Below are positions 34,252 to 42,753 of a stretch of 64,000 bases of DNA, piece by piece (within the stretch, counting starts at the first letter, position 1; each line of letters opens with the position of its first letter). Both the position numbers and the translations under genes were made by a program. The DNA lies in contig JBOHSH010000021.1 in the NCBI GenBank assembly GCA_050733195.1, positions 14,387-78,386 on the forward strand, given 5' to 3'. The DNA comes from Gemmatimonadales bacterium (GTDB taxonomy: Bacteria > Gemmatimonadota > Gemmatimonadetes > Gemmatimonadales > GWC2-71-9). The notes beneath the pieces are model-generated. The model made no database searches and was not told where the DNA came from. It was given only the letters and a program-made list of their open reading frames with translations.

Positions 34252-35281
34252 CGAAGAGCGCGGCCTGCCCTTCTCCTCCGGGGCGCGCCGGCGGCGTGAT
34301 GCCGAAGCGCCGGTAGGCATTTGCGGTCGCGAGGCGGCCCCGCGGTGTCCGCTCGAGGAATCCCTGCTGGAGGAGATAGGGCTCGTACACTTCCTCCAGC
34401 GTGCCGGCGTCCTCGCCGACGGCGGCGGCGATCGTGTTGAGGCCGACCGGGCCTCCCGAGAACTTCTCGATGATGGTGGTGAGGATGCGCGCGTCCATGT
34501 CGTCGAGGCCGAACTCGTCGACGTTGAGCCGCGCCAGCGCTTCGGCCGCCACCGCGGCGGTGACCACGCCGTCGGCCTTGACCTGGGCGTAATCGCGCAC
34601 CCGGCGCAGGAGCCGGTTCGCGATCCTGGGCGTGCCGCGGCTGCGCCGGGCGAGCTCGGCGGCACCCTCCGTCTCGATCGCGACCCGGAGAATGCCCGCC
34701 GACCGGAGCACGATCTTCGCGAGATCCTCGGGCGGATAGAAGCTCAGCCGTTCCACGATCCCGAACCGCGCCCGCATCGGCGGCGTGAGCTGCCCGAACC
34801 GGGTGGTTGCGCCGACCAGGGTGAACCGCTCGAGCTGCATCGGAATGGTCTGGGCGTTGGGGCCGTCGCTGATCCGCACGTCGACCCGATAGTCCTCCAT
34901 GGCGGGATAGAGGAACTCCTCGAGCTGGGGCCGGAGCCGGTGGATCTCGTCGATGAACAGGACGTCGCCGTCGCCGAGGCCGGTGAGGAGGCCCACGAGA
35001 TCTCCCGGCCTCTCCAGCACCGGCCCCGAGGTCGTGCGGATCTGGACCCCCATCTCCTTCGCGAGGAGCAGGGCGAGCGTCGTCTTCCCGAGCCCCGGCG
35101 GTCCGAAGAAGAGGAGATGGTCGAGCGGCTCCCGCCGGCCCCGCGCCGCGTCGATGGCGATCTGGAGCGACGCCTTGAGCGGCGCCTGGCCCACGAATTC
35201 GTCGAGCCGCGAGGGCCGGAGGGCCGCATCGGCGCTGCCCTCCTCGGGAAGCGCGGCGGGGGTCGTGATCTCTAGAGGCAT
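34244..35281 (-). CDS. ruvB: Holliday junction branch migration helicase RuvB
   Basis: [12 protein letters not shown], Walker [16 protein letters not shown], Walker [27 protein letters not shown]. Confidence 0.95.
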   Translation of the reverse strand: MPLEITTPAALPEEGSADAALRPSRLDEFVGQAPLKASLQIAIDAARGRREPLDHLLFFGPPGLGKTTLALLLAKEMGVQIRTTSGPVLERPGDLVGLLTGLGDGDVLFIDEIHRLRPQLEEFLYPAMEDYRVDVRISDGPNAQTIPMQLERFTLVGATTRFGQLTPPMRARFGIVERLSFYPPEDLAKIVLRSAGILRVAIETEGAAELARRSRGTPRIANRLLRRVRDYAQVKADGVVTAAVAAEALARLNVDEFGLDDMDARILTTIIEKFSGGPVGLNTIAAAVGEDAGTLEEVYEPYLLQQGFLERTPRGRLATANAYRRFGITPPARPGGEGQAALFDA

Positions 35282-35437
35282 GTTCTGAGTTCTGAGTTCT
35301 GAGTTCTGGGTTCTGGGTTCTGGGTTCCGGGTTCTGGGTTCTGGGTTTCGGTTCCAGGGACTCAGGTCCGCCCGTGCCGTGAAACCAGCTCTGGCACGAA
35401 GCCAGAACCCAGAACTCAGAACTCAGAACTCAGCACC
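35282..35437. repeat. Largest heptamer array: 11 x GTTCTGR-type arm, 44-nt core, 5 x CAGAACY arm
   Basis: Read directly from the sequence. The left arm is 35282-35358 and the right arm is 35403-35437, its reverse complement. The array occupies the whole spacer between the small Zn-ribbon gene stop and the ruvB start codon. The plus strand carries six GGG tracts with 4-nt loops. Confidence 0.95.
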
Positions 35438-35623
35438 TCATTTCGCACTTGCCTCCCACCTGACCGGTCGCGGTCCCGGGCGGATCACGTGCGGCGTGTG
35501 ACAGGACACACAGCGATCCTCCGCCCGGGTCGTGCCGGCGGCCACGAACTTCCGATTGGTCGAACCGCAGCTCGTGCACTGCCATTCGGCGGTCACGTGG
35601 GGAGCGGTAGAAGCGGCGATCAT
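35438..35623 (-). CDS. Small zinc-ribbon protein (CxxC-X18-CxxC), 61 aa
   Basis: MIAASTAPHVTAEWQCTSCGSTNRKFVAAGTTRAEDRCVSCHTPHVIRPG.... The ATG at 35623 forms an ATGA overlap with the ruvA stop, in frame with ORF 35438..36052. Confidence 0.5.
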   Translation of the reverse strand: MIAASTAPHVTAEWQCTSCGSTNRKFVAAGTTRAEDRCVSCHTPHVIRPGPRPVRWEASAK

Positions 35624-36225
35624 CCGCGTCCTCCGCGGGCATTCGTGAGGTGCTGAAGGGCACGACGCACGAGCGCGGGCGTGTCTTCCGCGGTGCCGTC
35701 TTCCAGCGCCGCGCGGACGGCGTCGTCCGCCGCGGCCGGTCCGTAGCCCAGGTTCCCGAGCGCGCGGACTGCGGCGTCGGCGGCACGGGCCGGGCGCGGC
35801 GAGGGGTGGGCGCGCTCGAGATCGGCGAACCGGTCGGACAGCTCCACGATCAGCTTCTCCGCCCGCTTCTTCCCGATGCCGCTTACCGTGGACAGCGCGG
35901 CGACGTCCTTGCCCGTGATGGCGCGCACCGTCCGTTCCGGGCCGAGGCCGGACAGGATCGCGAGGGCGAGACGGGGTCCCAGGCCGCTCGCGCCGAGGAG
36001 CCGCTGAAAGACGGTCCGCTCCTCCGCTCTGTCGAAGCCGTAGAGCGTCCACCCGTCTTCCCGGATGACCAGCTCGGTGTGCAGCGAGCAGCGGGCCCCG
36101 CGCGGCGGCAGGCGCTCGAACACGCCGAGGGGCACCGCGACCGCGTAGCCGACGCCGCCGTCGGTCTGGATGACCACCGAGTCTCCGTCGCGCTCGGTGA
36201 GCACGCCGGAGAGGCTCGCGATCAT
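35620..36225 (-). CDS. ruvA: Holliday junction DNA helicase subunit RuvA
   Basis: 201-aa tail of ORF 35620..36639. MIASLSGVLTE...VVIQTDGGVGYAV.VP, FGF...ER..F..LL...G.GP..AL.ILS, GIGKK.AE.L. ATGA overlap with the ruvC stop. Confidence 0.9.
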   Translation of the reverse strand: MIASLSGVLTERDGDSVVIQTDGGVGYAVAVPLGVFERLPPRGARCSLHTELVIREDGWTLYGFDRAEERTVFQRLLGASGLGPRLALAILSGLGPERTVRAITGKDVAALSTVSGIGKKRAEKLIVELSDRFADLERAHPSPRPARAADAAVRALGNLGYGPAAADDAVRAALEDGTAEDTPALVRRALQHLTNARGGRG

Positions 36226-36734
36226 CGCCGGAGTCCGCCCGACGCCGGCGCCGCCCGCACCGGGCGGAGGAGATGGGTCAGGGCCACCGCGACGGCGTCG
36301 GCCGCGTCGGCCGGCTTCGGGGGCGCCTGGAGCTGCAGCAGGCGCGCGACCATGTAGCCCACCTGGGCCTTGAGCGCGCCGCCGGCGCCGACGACCGTCT
36401 TCTTCACGACTCTCGGCGCGTACGAGGTCACCGGCACACCCGCTTCTTCCGCCGCGAGGAGGATGACGCCGCGCGCGTGGCCGAGCACGACGGTCGTCCG
36501 CACGTTGGGACCGTAGAAGATGTCCTCGACCGCGAGGGCGTCGGGGCGATGCCGCTCGAGCAGCTCGCCCATTCCCGCATGGATCTGCGCGAGCCGGCGC
36601 GGCAGCGTGTCCCCGGCGCGCATCCGTACCACGCCGCACTCGACGAGGCGCGCGGTCCGGCCCAGGCGTCCCGTCGACTCGATGATGCCGAAGCCGACCG
36701 TGGCGGTCCCGGGGTCGATGCCGAGGATCTTCAC
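36222..36734 (-). CDS. ruvC: Crossover junction endodeoxyribonuclease RuvC
   Basis: MKILGIDPGTATVGFGIIE..., AVEDIFYGPN, ADAADAVAVALTH. Confidence 0.9.
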   Translation of the reverse strand: MKILGIDPGTATVGFGIIESTGRLGRTARLVECGVVRMRAGDTLPRRLAQIHAGMGELLERHRPDALAVEDIFYGPNVRTTVVLGHARGVILLAAEEAGVPVTSYAPRVVKKTVVGAGGALKAQVGYMVARLLQLQAPPKPADAADAVAVALTHLLRPVRAAPASGGLRR

Positions 36735-36750
36735 GCGCAGCGGACCGGGC

Positions 36751-37500
36751 TCACGCCTCCGCCTCGGCCAGCGTCGCCGCGTCGATGTCGAAGTTCGAGA
36801 ACACCTTGGAGACGTCGTCGAGATCCTCCAGCGCCTCCACGAGCCGGAGAAGCCGCTCGGCGTCCTGCCCCTCCACCTTCACCGTGTTGCGGGGCACCAT
36901 CGCGAGCTCGGCCGAGACCGGAGTGTAGCCGCGGCTCCGGAGCGCGTCCCGCACCGCGTGGAAGTCCCCGGGAGCGGTGGTGACGACATACTGGTCGCCG
37001 TCCCGGACGAGGTCTTCCGCGCCGGCGTCGAGCGCGGCCTCCATCGTGGCGTCCTCGGCGTGCCGCGACACGTCAAGCGTGATCTGCCCCTTCCGGTCGA
37101 ACATCCACGCCACGGAGTTGGACGCGCCGAGATTGCCGTGCTGGCGGCTGAAGGCATGCCGCACCTCCGCGACGGTGCGGTTGGCGTTGTCCGTGGTCGC
37201 CTCGATGAAGATCGCGGCGCCGCCCGGGCCGTAGCCCTCGTAGGTCACCTCGTCGTAGCTCTCGCCCGCGAGCTCGCCGGTGCCCTTCTTGATGGCGCGG
37301 TCGATGTTGTCGTTGGGCATGTTGACCGCGCGCGCGGCATCCACGGCGGTGCGGAGCCGGGGATTCATCCCGGGGTCGCCGCCTCCCGCCTTCGCGGCGA
37401 CGGTGATCTCCCGGATGCACTTCGCCCAGACCGCCGAGCGCTTGTTGTCGGCCGCCGCCTTCTTGTGCTTGATCTGCTTCCACTTGCTGTGGCCGGCCAT
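36751..37500 (-). CDS. YebC/PmpR-family DNA-binding transcriptional regulator
   Basis: MAGHSKWKQIKHKKAAADNKRS..., GGGDPGMNPRLR, YEGYGPGGAAIFIE. Confidence 0.9.
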   Translation of the reverse strand: MAGHSKWKQIKHKKAAADNKRSAVWAKCIREITVAAKAGGGDPGMNPRLRTAVDAARAVNMPNDNIDRAIKKGTGELAGESYDEVTYEGYGPGGAAIFIEATTDNANRTVAEVRHAFSRQHGNLGASNSVAWMFDRKGQITLDVSRHAEDATMEAALDAGAEDLVRDGDQYVVTTAPGDFHAVRDALRSRGYTPVSAELAMVPRNTVKVEGQDAERLLRLVEALEDLDDVSKVFSNFDIDAATLAEAEA

Positions 37501-37548
37501 GGGGACTCCGGGCAGGGACGCTGCAGCAAATATAGGAGAGTTCCGCGT

Positions 37549-37926
37549 TCAGGACCCAGCGCTCTTCGCCGCCCTCGCCGCTTTCGCCAGCGCGTCGGCA
37601 GCCTCCGGACCCAGCGTCTCGCGGGCGGGGGCGACGAGTTGCTGCAGCACGATGGGGGCGACGCCGGGCTTGGGCTCCTCGAGGGCCGCGACCGCGGCGC
37701 CCAGAGCGCGGCGGAGCGGGGCGGGAAGCGTCAGGCTCGAGAGCCGCTGGCCCAGCGCCGCCGCCCGCCGGCGCGCGGCGCGATCCGGCTGGGGCGGCGC
37801 GAGGAGCAGGTCTTCGGCGAGCCGCACCACGAGCCAAAGGGCGAACGCGCCTTCCCGGCGGGGCCCGCGGGGAGCTTCCGTCATGAGCCGGATGAGCGTG
37901 ACGCCGGCGGGAGAGAAGCCGCTCAT
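37549..37926 (-). CDS. Hypothetical protein (helical, Ala/Arg/Leu-rich, 125 aa)
   Basis: ATGA overlap with the upstream glycosyltransferase stop and GC3-rich codon usage. I recognise no family. Confidence 0.5.
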   Translation of the reverse strand: MSGFSPAGVTLIRLMTEAPRGPRREGAFALWLVVRLAEDLLLAPPQPDRAARRRAAALGQRLSSLTLPAPLRRALGAAVAALEEPKPGVAPIVLQQLVAPARETLGPEAADALAKAARAAKSAGS

Positions 37927-38930
37927 CGGGGCAGCTTCCGAAGTGCTTCCAGCACTTCGTCCGGCATGAGGTCCTGGAGACAGCGATGATGACGGAGGGG
38001 GCAGACGGGGCCGCCGTGGGCGCTGCAGGGACGGCAGGGCAGCTCCTTTTCGACCACCGTGGCCTTGGCACCGTACGGGAAGAACCCGAAGCGCTCGACG
38101 GTCGGACCGAAGAGCGCCACGACCGGCGTGCCGACGGCCGTCGCGAGGTGCATCACGCCCGTGTCCCCCCCGATCAGGGCCCGCGACCGCTTGAGGATCG
38201 CCGCCGTGCCCAGGAGATCGAACGCGCCGGCCGCGTTGGCCGCGCGCTCACCCACCGCGCCGGCCACCTGCGCCCCGAGCAACAGGTCGTCCGGTCCGCC
38301 GACGACCACGAGGTCGTTGCCGGACGAGACCAGGTGCCGGGCGAGGGACGCCCAGTGGTGGACGGGCCAGCGCTTGGTGGCGTGCGCCGCTCCGGGCGCC
38401 AGTGCGATCAGCTGGCGCGCGGTGCCGATCCCCCGCTCGCGGAGGAAGTCATCGGCCTCCCGTACCGCCGCCGCCGAGACGAAGCATTCGGGCGGGCCAC
38501 CGTCCGGCTCGACGTCGAGGCCCCGTGCGGCGTCGAAGTAGCGCTCGGCCACCGGCCGGCGATCCCGGTACCAGTCCCGCTTCCACCGGATGAGCGCGGT
38601 GCGCGCGAGCCGGAGCTTGGGGTAGCCGGTCCACCGGCCCCCCATGCGCCAGCGCAGCCACCGGCTGCGCATGCTCCCGTGCAGATCCAGCCGGTGGGTA
38701 AACGGGCGGGCGCGGAGCTCGCGCGCGAGCCGCCCGATCGGGGTGCCCGGTTCCCAGGCGATCACCTCGGTGAGATGGGGATTCCTGGCCAGCAGCGGCG
38801 CGTACGCCGCCCGCGTGACGTACGTGATCGCGGCCGAGGGATGCCGCGCGCGCAGGGCGCGGACCAGCGGAGTCGTGAGCAGGATGTCGCCGATGGCGCT
38901 GAAGCGGACGAGCAGGATGCTGGGAGCCAC
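37923..38930 (-). CDS. Glycosyltransferase family 9 (heptosyltransferase-like)
   Basis: The C-terminal 335 aa of the 974-aa ORF: ILLVRFSAIGDILLTTPLVRAL, IALAPGAAHATKRWP, GGDTGVMHLATAVGTPVVALFGPT. GTG start at 38930. The rest of the ORF is antisense to msbA. Confidence 0.8.
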   Translation of the reverse strand: MAPSILLVRFSAIGDILLTTPLVRALRARHPSAAITYVTRAAYAPLLARNPHLTEVIAWEPGTPIGRLARELRARPFTHRLDLHGSMRSRWLRWRMGGRWTGYPKLRLARTALIRWKRDWYRDRRPVAERYFDAARGLDVEPDGGPPECFVSAAAVREADDFLRERGIGTARQLIALAPGAAHATKRWPVHHWASLARHLVSSGNDLVVVGGPDDLLLGAQVAGAVGERAANAAGAFDLLGTAAILKRSRALIGGDTGVMHLATAVGTPVVALFGPTVERFGFFPYGAKATVVEKELPCRPCSAHGGPVCPLRHHRCLQDLMPDEVLEALRKLPR

Positions 38931-38984
38931 CGCAGGGAATGTAGGCCTCGTGAATTGCTTCGGCCAGCGCGTTAGCTTGCATTC

Positions 38985-40805
38985 ATGGCGACCACGACGG
39001 CTCGACGACTGCTCGCGACGGCGGGTCCGTACGCGGGACTGTTCGGACTCGGTCTTGGCGCCACGCTGCTCGCCTCGGTCCTCGACGGGGTCACCATCGT
39101 CGTGCTCGTGCCGCTGCTCAAGGCGCTCTTCGGCACGGCCGGTGCGCTGGCCGAGCAGGCCACGGCGCTCGAGCGCGTCGCGGACCGGGTCTTCGCGCCG
39201 CTCGTGGCGGGCCTTTCCCCCCGGGCCGCGGCGGGGCGGCTCGTCTTCGTGCTGCTCACGGTCCTCCTGCTCAAGAACGCGATGCAGTACGCCGCCAATC
39301 AGCTGTCGGTCGCGGTGCAGGAGGGCCTGGTGCGCGATCTCCGCGTGCGGCTCTACCGGCACCTGCTCACCCTCGACCTCGCCTTCTTCCAGCGCACGAG
39401 AGCCGGCCTGCTCATCTCGGGGGTGATCGCGGACGCCGACCGGGCCAAGCTCGCGGTGACCGCCTCGCTCGCGGCGCTGTTCCAGAATGCGGTCGTCATC
39501 CTGATCACGCTCGGCATACTCGCAAGCCTCTCCTGGCGGCTCACGCTCATTACGCTGGCCGCCGCTCCGGTGCTGGTGCTCGGCATCCGGCTCGTGCTCA
39601 ACCGGCTCCGGCGTCACGCGCGGCTCTGGCACGTGGAGCAGGCGGAGCTGACCGCCACGGTCACGGAACGGCTCGGCGCGATCAAGCTGGTGCGGGCGTA
39701 CGGCGGAGAGCGGGCCGAAGGGGAGCTCTTCGCCGGGCAGGCGGACCGGTATCGGCGCCGGGTGCGGAAGACCCAGCGCTACGCGTCGCTGACGAGCCCG
39801 GTGAGCGAGGTCTTCGGCGGTCTCGTGATCATCCTCATCATCTGGTCCGCCGCGCATCCCGCGATGAGCGGCGTTGCGCTCGGTCCCGCGGCGACCATCG
39901 GGTTCCTGGTCGCCGCGCTCCGGATGATGTCGCCGATCAAGTCGATCTCGCAGTTCCCCACGTCGTGGGCTCTGGCCGCGACGAGCGCCGAACGGGTGTT
40001 CGCGATTCTCGACCGCCCCGGCGTGGAAGCGGATCCGCCGGGTGCGCTGCCCGCGCGGTTCGAGCGCGAGATCGCCTTCGACCGGGTGAGCTTCGCGTAC
40101 GACGGCGAGGAGCCGGTGCTGCAGGACGTCACGTTCACCGTGCCGCGCGGACGAGTCACCGCCGTCGTGGGGCCGAGCGGGGCGGGGAAGACGACGCTGC
40201 TCGAGCTGCTGCCCCGCTTCCACGAGCCGGGCGCGGGAGAGATTCGCCTCGACGGCGTCCCGCTCCACCGGCTCGAGCGCCATTCCCTCCGCGCCCTGCT
40301 CGGCGTCGTCAGCCAGGACACGGTGATCCTCAACGACACCGTCAGGGCCAACATCGCCTACGGTCGTCCCGGGGCCGAGCGGGACGCCGTCGAGGCCGCC
40401 GCCCGTGCCGCGAACGCCCACGATTTCATCACCCAGCTCCCGGGCGGATACGACACACTGCTCGGGGAGCGGGGGACACGGCTCTCGGGCGGGCAGCGGC
40501 AGCGGATCGCGATCGCCCGGGCGCTGCTCCGGGATCCCCCGATCCTGCTGCTCGACGAGGCCACGAGCGCGCTCGACACCGAGTCCGAGCGTCTGGTGCA
40601 GGACGCGATCGACCGGCTGATGCAGGACCGGACGGTGCTGGTCGTGGCGCACCGCCTCGCGACGGTGCTGGATGCCGACCAGATCCTCGTGCTGGACGGC
40701 GGCCGGATCGTGGAGCGCGGCACGCACGGCGAGCTGCTCGCCGAGAGCGGGCTCTATCGTCGACTCTACGAGCTCCAGTTCCGCGGTGCGGAGATCCTCG
40801 CATGA
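38985..40805 (+). CDS. msbA: ABC transporter, fused permease/ATPase, MsbA-like lipid exporter
   Basis: Six-TM N-terminal half, Walker A GPSGAGKTT, signature LSGGQRQRIAIARAL, Walker B ILLLDEATSALD. The envelope-glycan gene context supports a lipid A/LPS flippase-type role; the symbol is tentative. Confidence 0.75.
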   Translation: MATTTARRLLATAGPYAGLFGLGLGATLLASVLDGVTIVVLVPLLKALFGTAGALAEQATALERVADRVFAPLVAGLSPRAAAGRLVFVLLTVLLLKNAMQYAANQLSVAVQEGLVRDLRVRLYRHLLTLDLAFFQRTRAGLLISGVIADADRAKLAVTASLAALFQNAVVILITLGILASLSWRLTLITLAAAPVLVLGIRLVLNRLRRHARLWHVEQAELTATVTERLGAIKLVRAYGGERAEGELFAGQADRYRRRVRKTQRYASLTSPVSEVFGGLVIILIIWSAAHPAMSGVALGPAATIGFLVAALRMMSPIKSISQFPTSWALAATSAERVFAILDRPGVEADPPGALPARFEREIAFDRVSFAYDGEEPVLQDVTFTVPRGRVTAVVGPSGAGKTTLLELLPRFHEPGAGEIRLDGVPLHRLERHSLRALLGVVSQDTVILNDTVRANIAYGRPGAERDAVEAAARAANAHDFITQLPGGYDTLLGERGTRLSGGQRQRIAIARALLRDPPILLLDEATSALDTESERLVQDAIDRLMQDRTVLVVAHRLATVLDADQILVLDGGRIVERGTHGELLAESGLYRRLYELQFRGAEILA

Positions 40806-41770
40806 AGGTGCTGCCGGTGCTGGTTGTCGCCTCCTTCGATGAAGCACACCACGCCCACGCGGCGCAGCGCTGCCGGGCCCTCGAGCGCCTGGGGTGCCGG
40901 GTGGAGGTGTTCGATCTGCTGAAGCGCCCCGGGCTCCTCGGGCGGCTGGCCGGCAACGATCTTCGCTCCCGGCTGCTCCGGAGCGTGGAGGCCGCCAACG
41001 CGCGCCTCGTGCTCGTCATCGGCGCTCCGGAGCTCGAGCCCGATCTGGTGACCACGCTGCGCAAGGAGACCCGGCTCCCCTGGGCCAACTGGTTTCCCGA
41101 CGACCTTCGGACGGCGTACGACGCCTGCCGGCGCGCCGCCGCCTACGATCACGTGTTCGTGACGGGATCCGACGTGGCGGCCCGCATGGAGACGGAGCTC
41201 GGCCGGCCGGTCGAAGTAGTGCCGTTCGCGGCCGACCCCTCCGTCTATCGCCCGCTCCGCTCCAAGGATCAGTACCGCGCCAATGTCGTCTTCGCCGGCT
41301 CCGCGACGCCGCGGCGGGAGCTGCTGCTCACGGGGCTCACCGGGTTCGGTCTGGCGCTCTGGGGGCCCGGCTGGCGGCGCACGACGCTCAAGGATTACTG
41401 CCGCGGCGAGGTGGCCAGCACCGACGATTACGTGCGGGCCTACGGGGGCGCGTCCGTGGCGGTGAACATCCACCACACGGCGGGCGGCAACGGGGCGGAC
41501 GAAGGCACGGTGAATCAGCGGCTCTTCGAGATCGCGGCCATCGGCGTGCCCCAGGTCGTGGACGCGCGGGCGGATCTGCCGGCGATGTTCCAGACCGGCG
41601 AGCAGGTGATGGTCTTCCAGGATGCGGCCGAGCTGCGCTCGCTCGTGGAGGCGGCGCTCCACGATCTCCCGTCGATGGAGCCGATCGCCGCCGCGGCGCG
41701 ACGGGAGGCGCTGGCGCGGCACACGTACATGCATCGGCTCACCCGGATCGTCGACTCGGTGACGCGTTGA
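40802..41770 (+). CDS. CgeB-like glycosyltransferase (DUF3880 / Glyco_trans_1_2 type), copy 1
   Basis: Tail of ORF 39965..41770 from the ATG at 40802 (ATGA overlap with the msbA stop). WANWFPDD, VVFAGS...R, VNIHH, NQRLFEIAAIG and a C-terminal HTY..R. The layout is shared with copy 2. Confidence 0.65.
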   Translation: MKVLPVLVVASFDEAHHAHAAQRCRALERLGCRVEVFDLLKRPGLLGRLAGNDLRSRLLRSVEAANARLVLVIGAPELEPDLVTTLRKETRLPWANWFPDDLRTAYDACRRAAAYDHVFVTGSDVAARMETELGRPVEVVPFAADPSVYRPLRSKDQYRANVVFAGSATPRRELLLTGLTGFGLALWGPGWRRTTLKDYCRGEVASTDDYVRAYGGASVAVNIHHTAGGNGADEGTVNQRLFEIAAIGVPQVVDARADLPAMFQTGEQVMVFQDAAELRSLVEAALHDLPSMEPIAAAARREALARHTYMHRLTRIVDSVTR

Positions 41771-41800
41771 CGGTTGACGGTTGAGAGTTGACGGTTGAAC
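41766..41800. repeat. GTTGACG heptamer array (5 units)
   Basis: GTTGACG GTTGACG GTTGAGA GTTGACG GTTGAAC. It essentially fills the 36-nt convergent spacer. The upstream gene's TGA lies in unit 1. Confidence 0.95.
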
Positions 41801-41806
41801 GAGGAT

Positions 41807-42718
41807 TCAGCCGGACAGCGAGCCCGTCCTGACCACCCGTCGATAGAGCTGCTCGTAGTCCTCCGCCATCCTGCGGTGCGTAAACCGCTCGACCGCGCGC
41901 GCGCGGCAGGCCGCCGGGTCGACGCGGTCGATGGCGTTCCTGAGCGCGACGAGCTCCTCCAGCGTATTCCCGAGACAGCCCACCTCCGGCGTCACGACCT
42001 CCGGCAGCGCGCCGCGGCGCGTGCCGAGGACGGGCGTGCCCGAGACCAGCGCCTCGACCAGGGTGAGCCCGAACGGCTCATCCCAGAGCGCCGGCATCCA
42101 GAGACAGGCGGCGTCGGCGAGCAGCTCGCGCTTCCCCTCGTCCTGAACCGTTCCCGCGTAGCGCAGGCCGGTGCGCAGCGACGGACGCCAGCCGCCGGCG
42201 ACGACCAGACGCCGCCGCGAGGCGCGGGCGCCGTGCACTGCCCAGCGCCAGCCCTTTTCCCGGTGCAGCCGGCCGAGGAAGAGATCGAATCCCCGCTTCA
42301 CGGGCCCGAAGCGGTACTCCGAGGGGTCGAGACCGTTGTGCACCCAGGCGTCCGCGCAGGAGCGGCGTGCGTGATCGGCGCTCAAAGCCACGAGGTTGGG
42401 CGGGTAGGTGGCGCGGGAGGGCAACCCGTGCAGCGTCCAGAGCGCGGGCAAGTCCGGAAAAGGCCCGATCGGACGGTGGGCGTGCAGCACCTCGACGCCC
42501 GGCGGCAGATGCGGCCGCGGATCGAAGTCGATTCGCTCCGCGGCCGCTGCATCCAGGGGAACGAGACGCGCCTCGGGGACCCGGGAGCCGTGGGGCGCGA
42601 GCAGCGTCACCGCGTGACCCCGCTCGGCGAGACCGCGAGCCAGCCAGACGACCACGCGCTCGGTCCCGCCGTAGCCCGAAACCGGCAGCCGGACGTGATG
42701 GAGCAGGGCCACCTTCAT
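41807..42718 (-). CDS. Glycosyltransferase family 4 (GT-B, group 1)
   Basis: MKVALLHHVRLPVSGYGGTERVVVWLARGLAERGHAVTLLAP and EPFGLTLVEALVSGTPVLG. Start taken at the internal ATG at 42718. Confidence 0.8.
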   Translation of the reverse strand: MKVALLHHVRLPVSGYGGTERVVVWLARGLAERGHAVTLLAPHGSRVPEARLVPLDAAAAERIDFDPRPHLPPGVEVLHAHRPIGPFPDLPALWTLHGLPSRATYPPNLVALSADHARRSCADAWVHNGLDPSEYRFGPVKRGFDLFLGRLHREKGWRWAVHGARASRRRLVVAGGWRPSLRTGLRYAGTVQDEGKRELLADAACLWMPALWDEPFGLTLVEALVSGTPVLGTRRGALPEVVTPEVGCLGNTLEELVALRNAIDRVDPAACRARAVERFTHRRMAEDYEQLYRRVVRTGSLSG

Positions 42719-42753
42719 CGGCGGGCAAGGTAGCATCGGTATAGCTTTCGCGC

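Noticed and set aside
35282-35437. Inverted-arm arrays as MITEs or IS remnants
   Set aside because: The cores of the three hairpin-type loci share no similarity. The arms are tandem micro-repeats rather than unique terminal inverted repeats. I see no target-site duplications, and no transposase is in the window.
38931-40847. N-terminal about 640 aa of the 974-aa minus-strand ORF 37923..40847
   Set aside because: It is antisense to the MsbA-like gene. Only the last 335 aa, from the GTG at 38930, match a GT9 heptosyltransferase-like protein.
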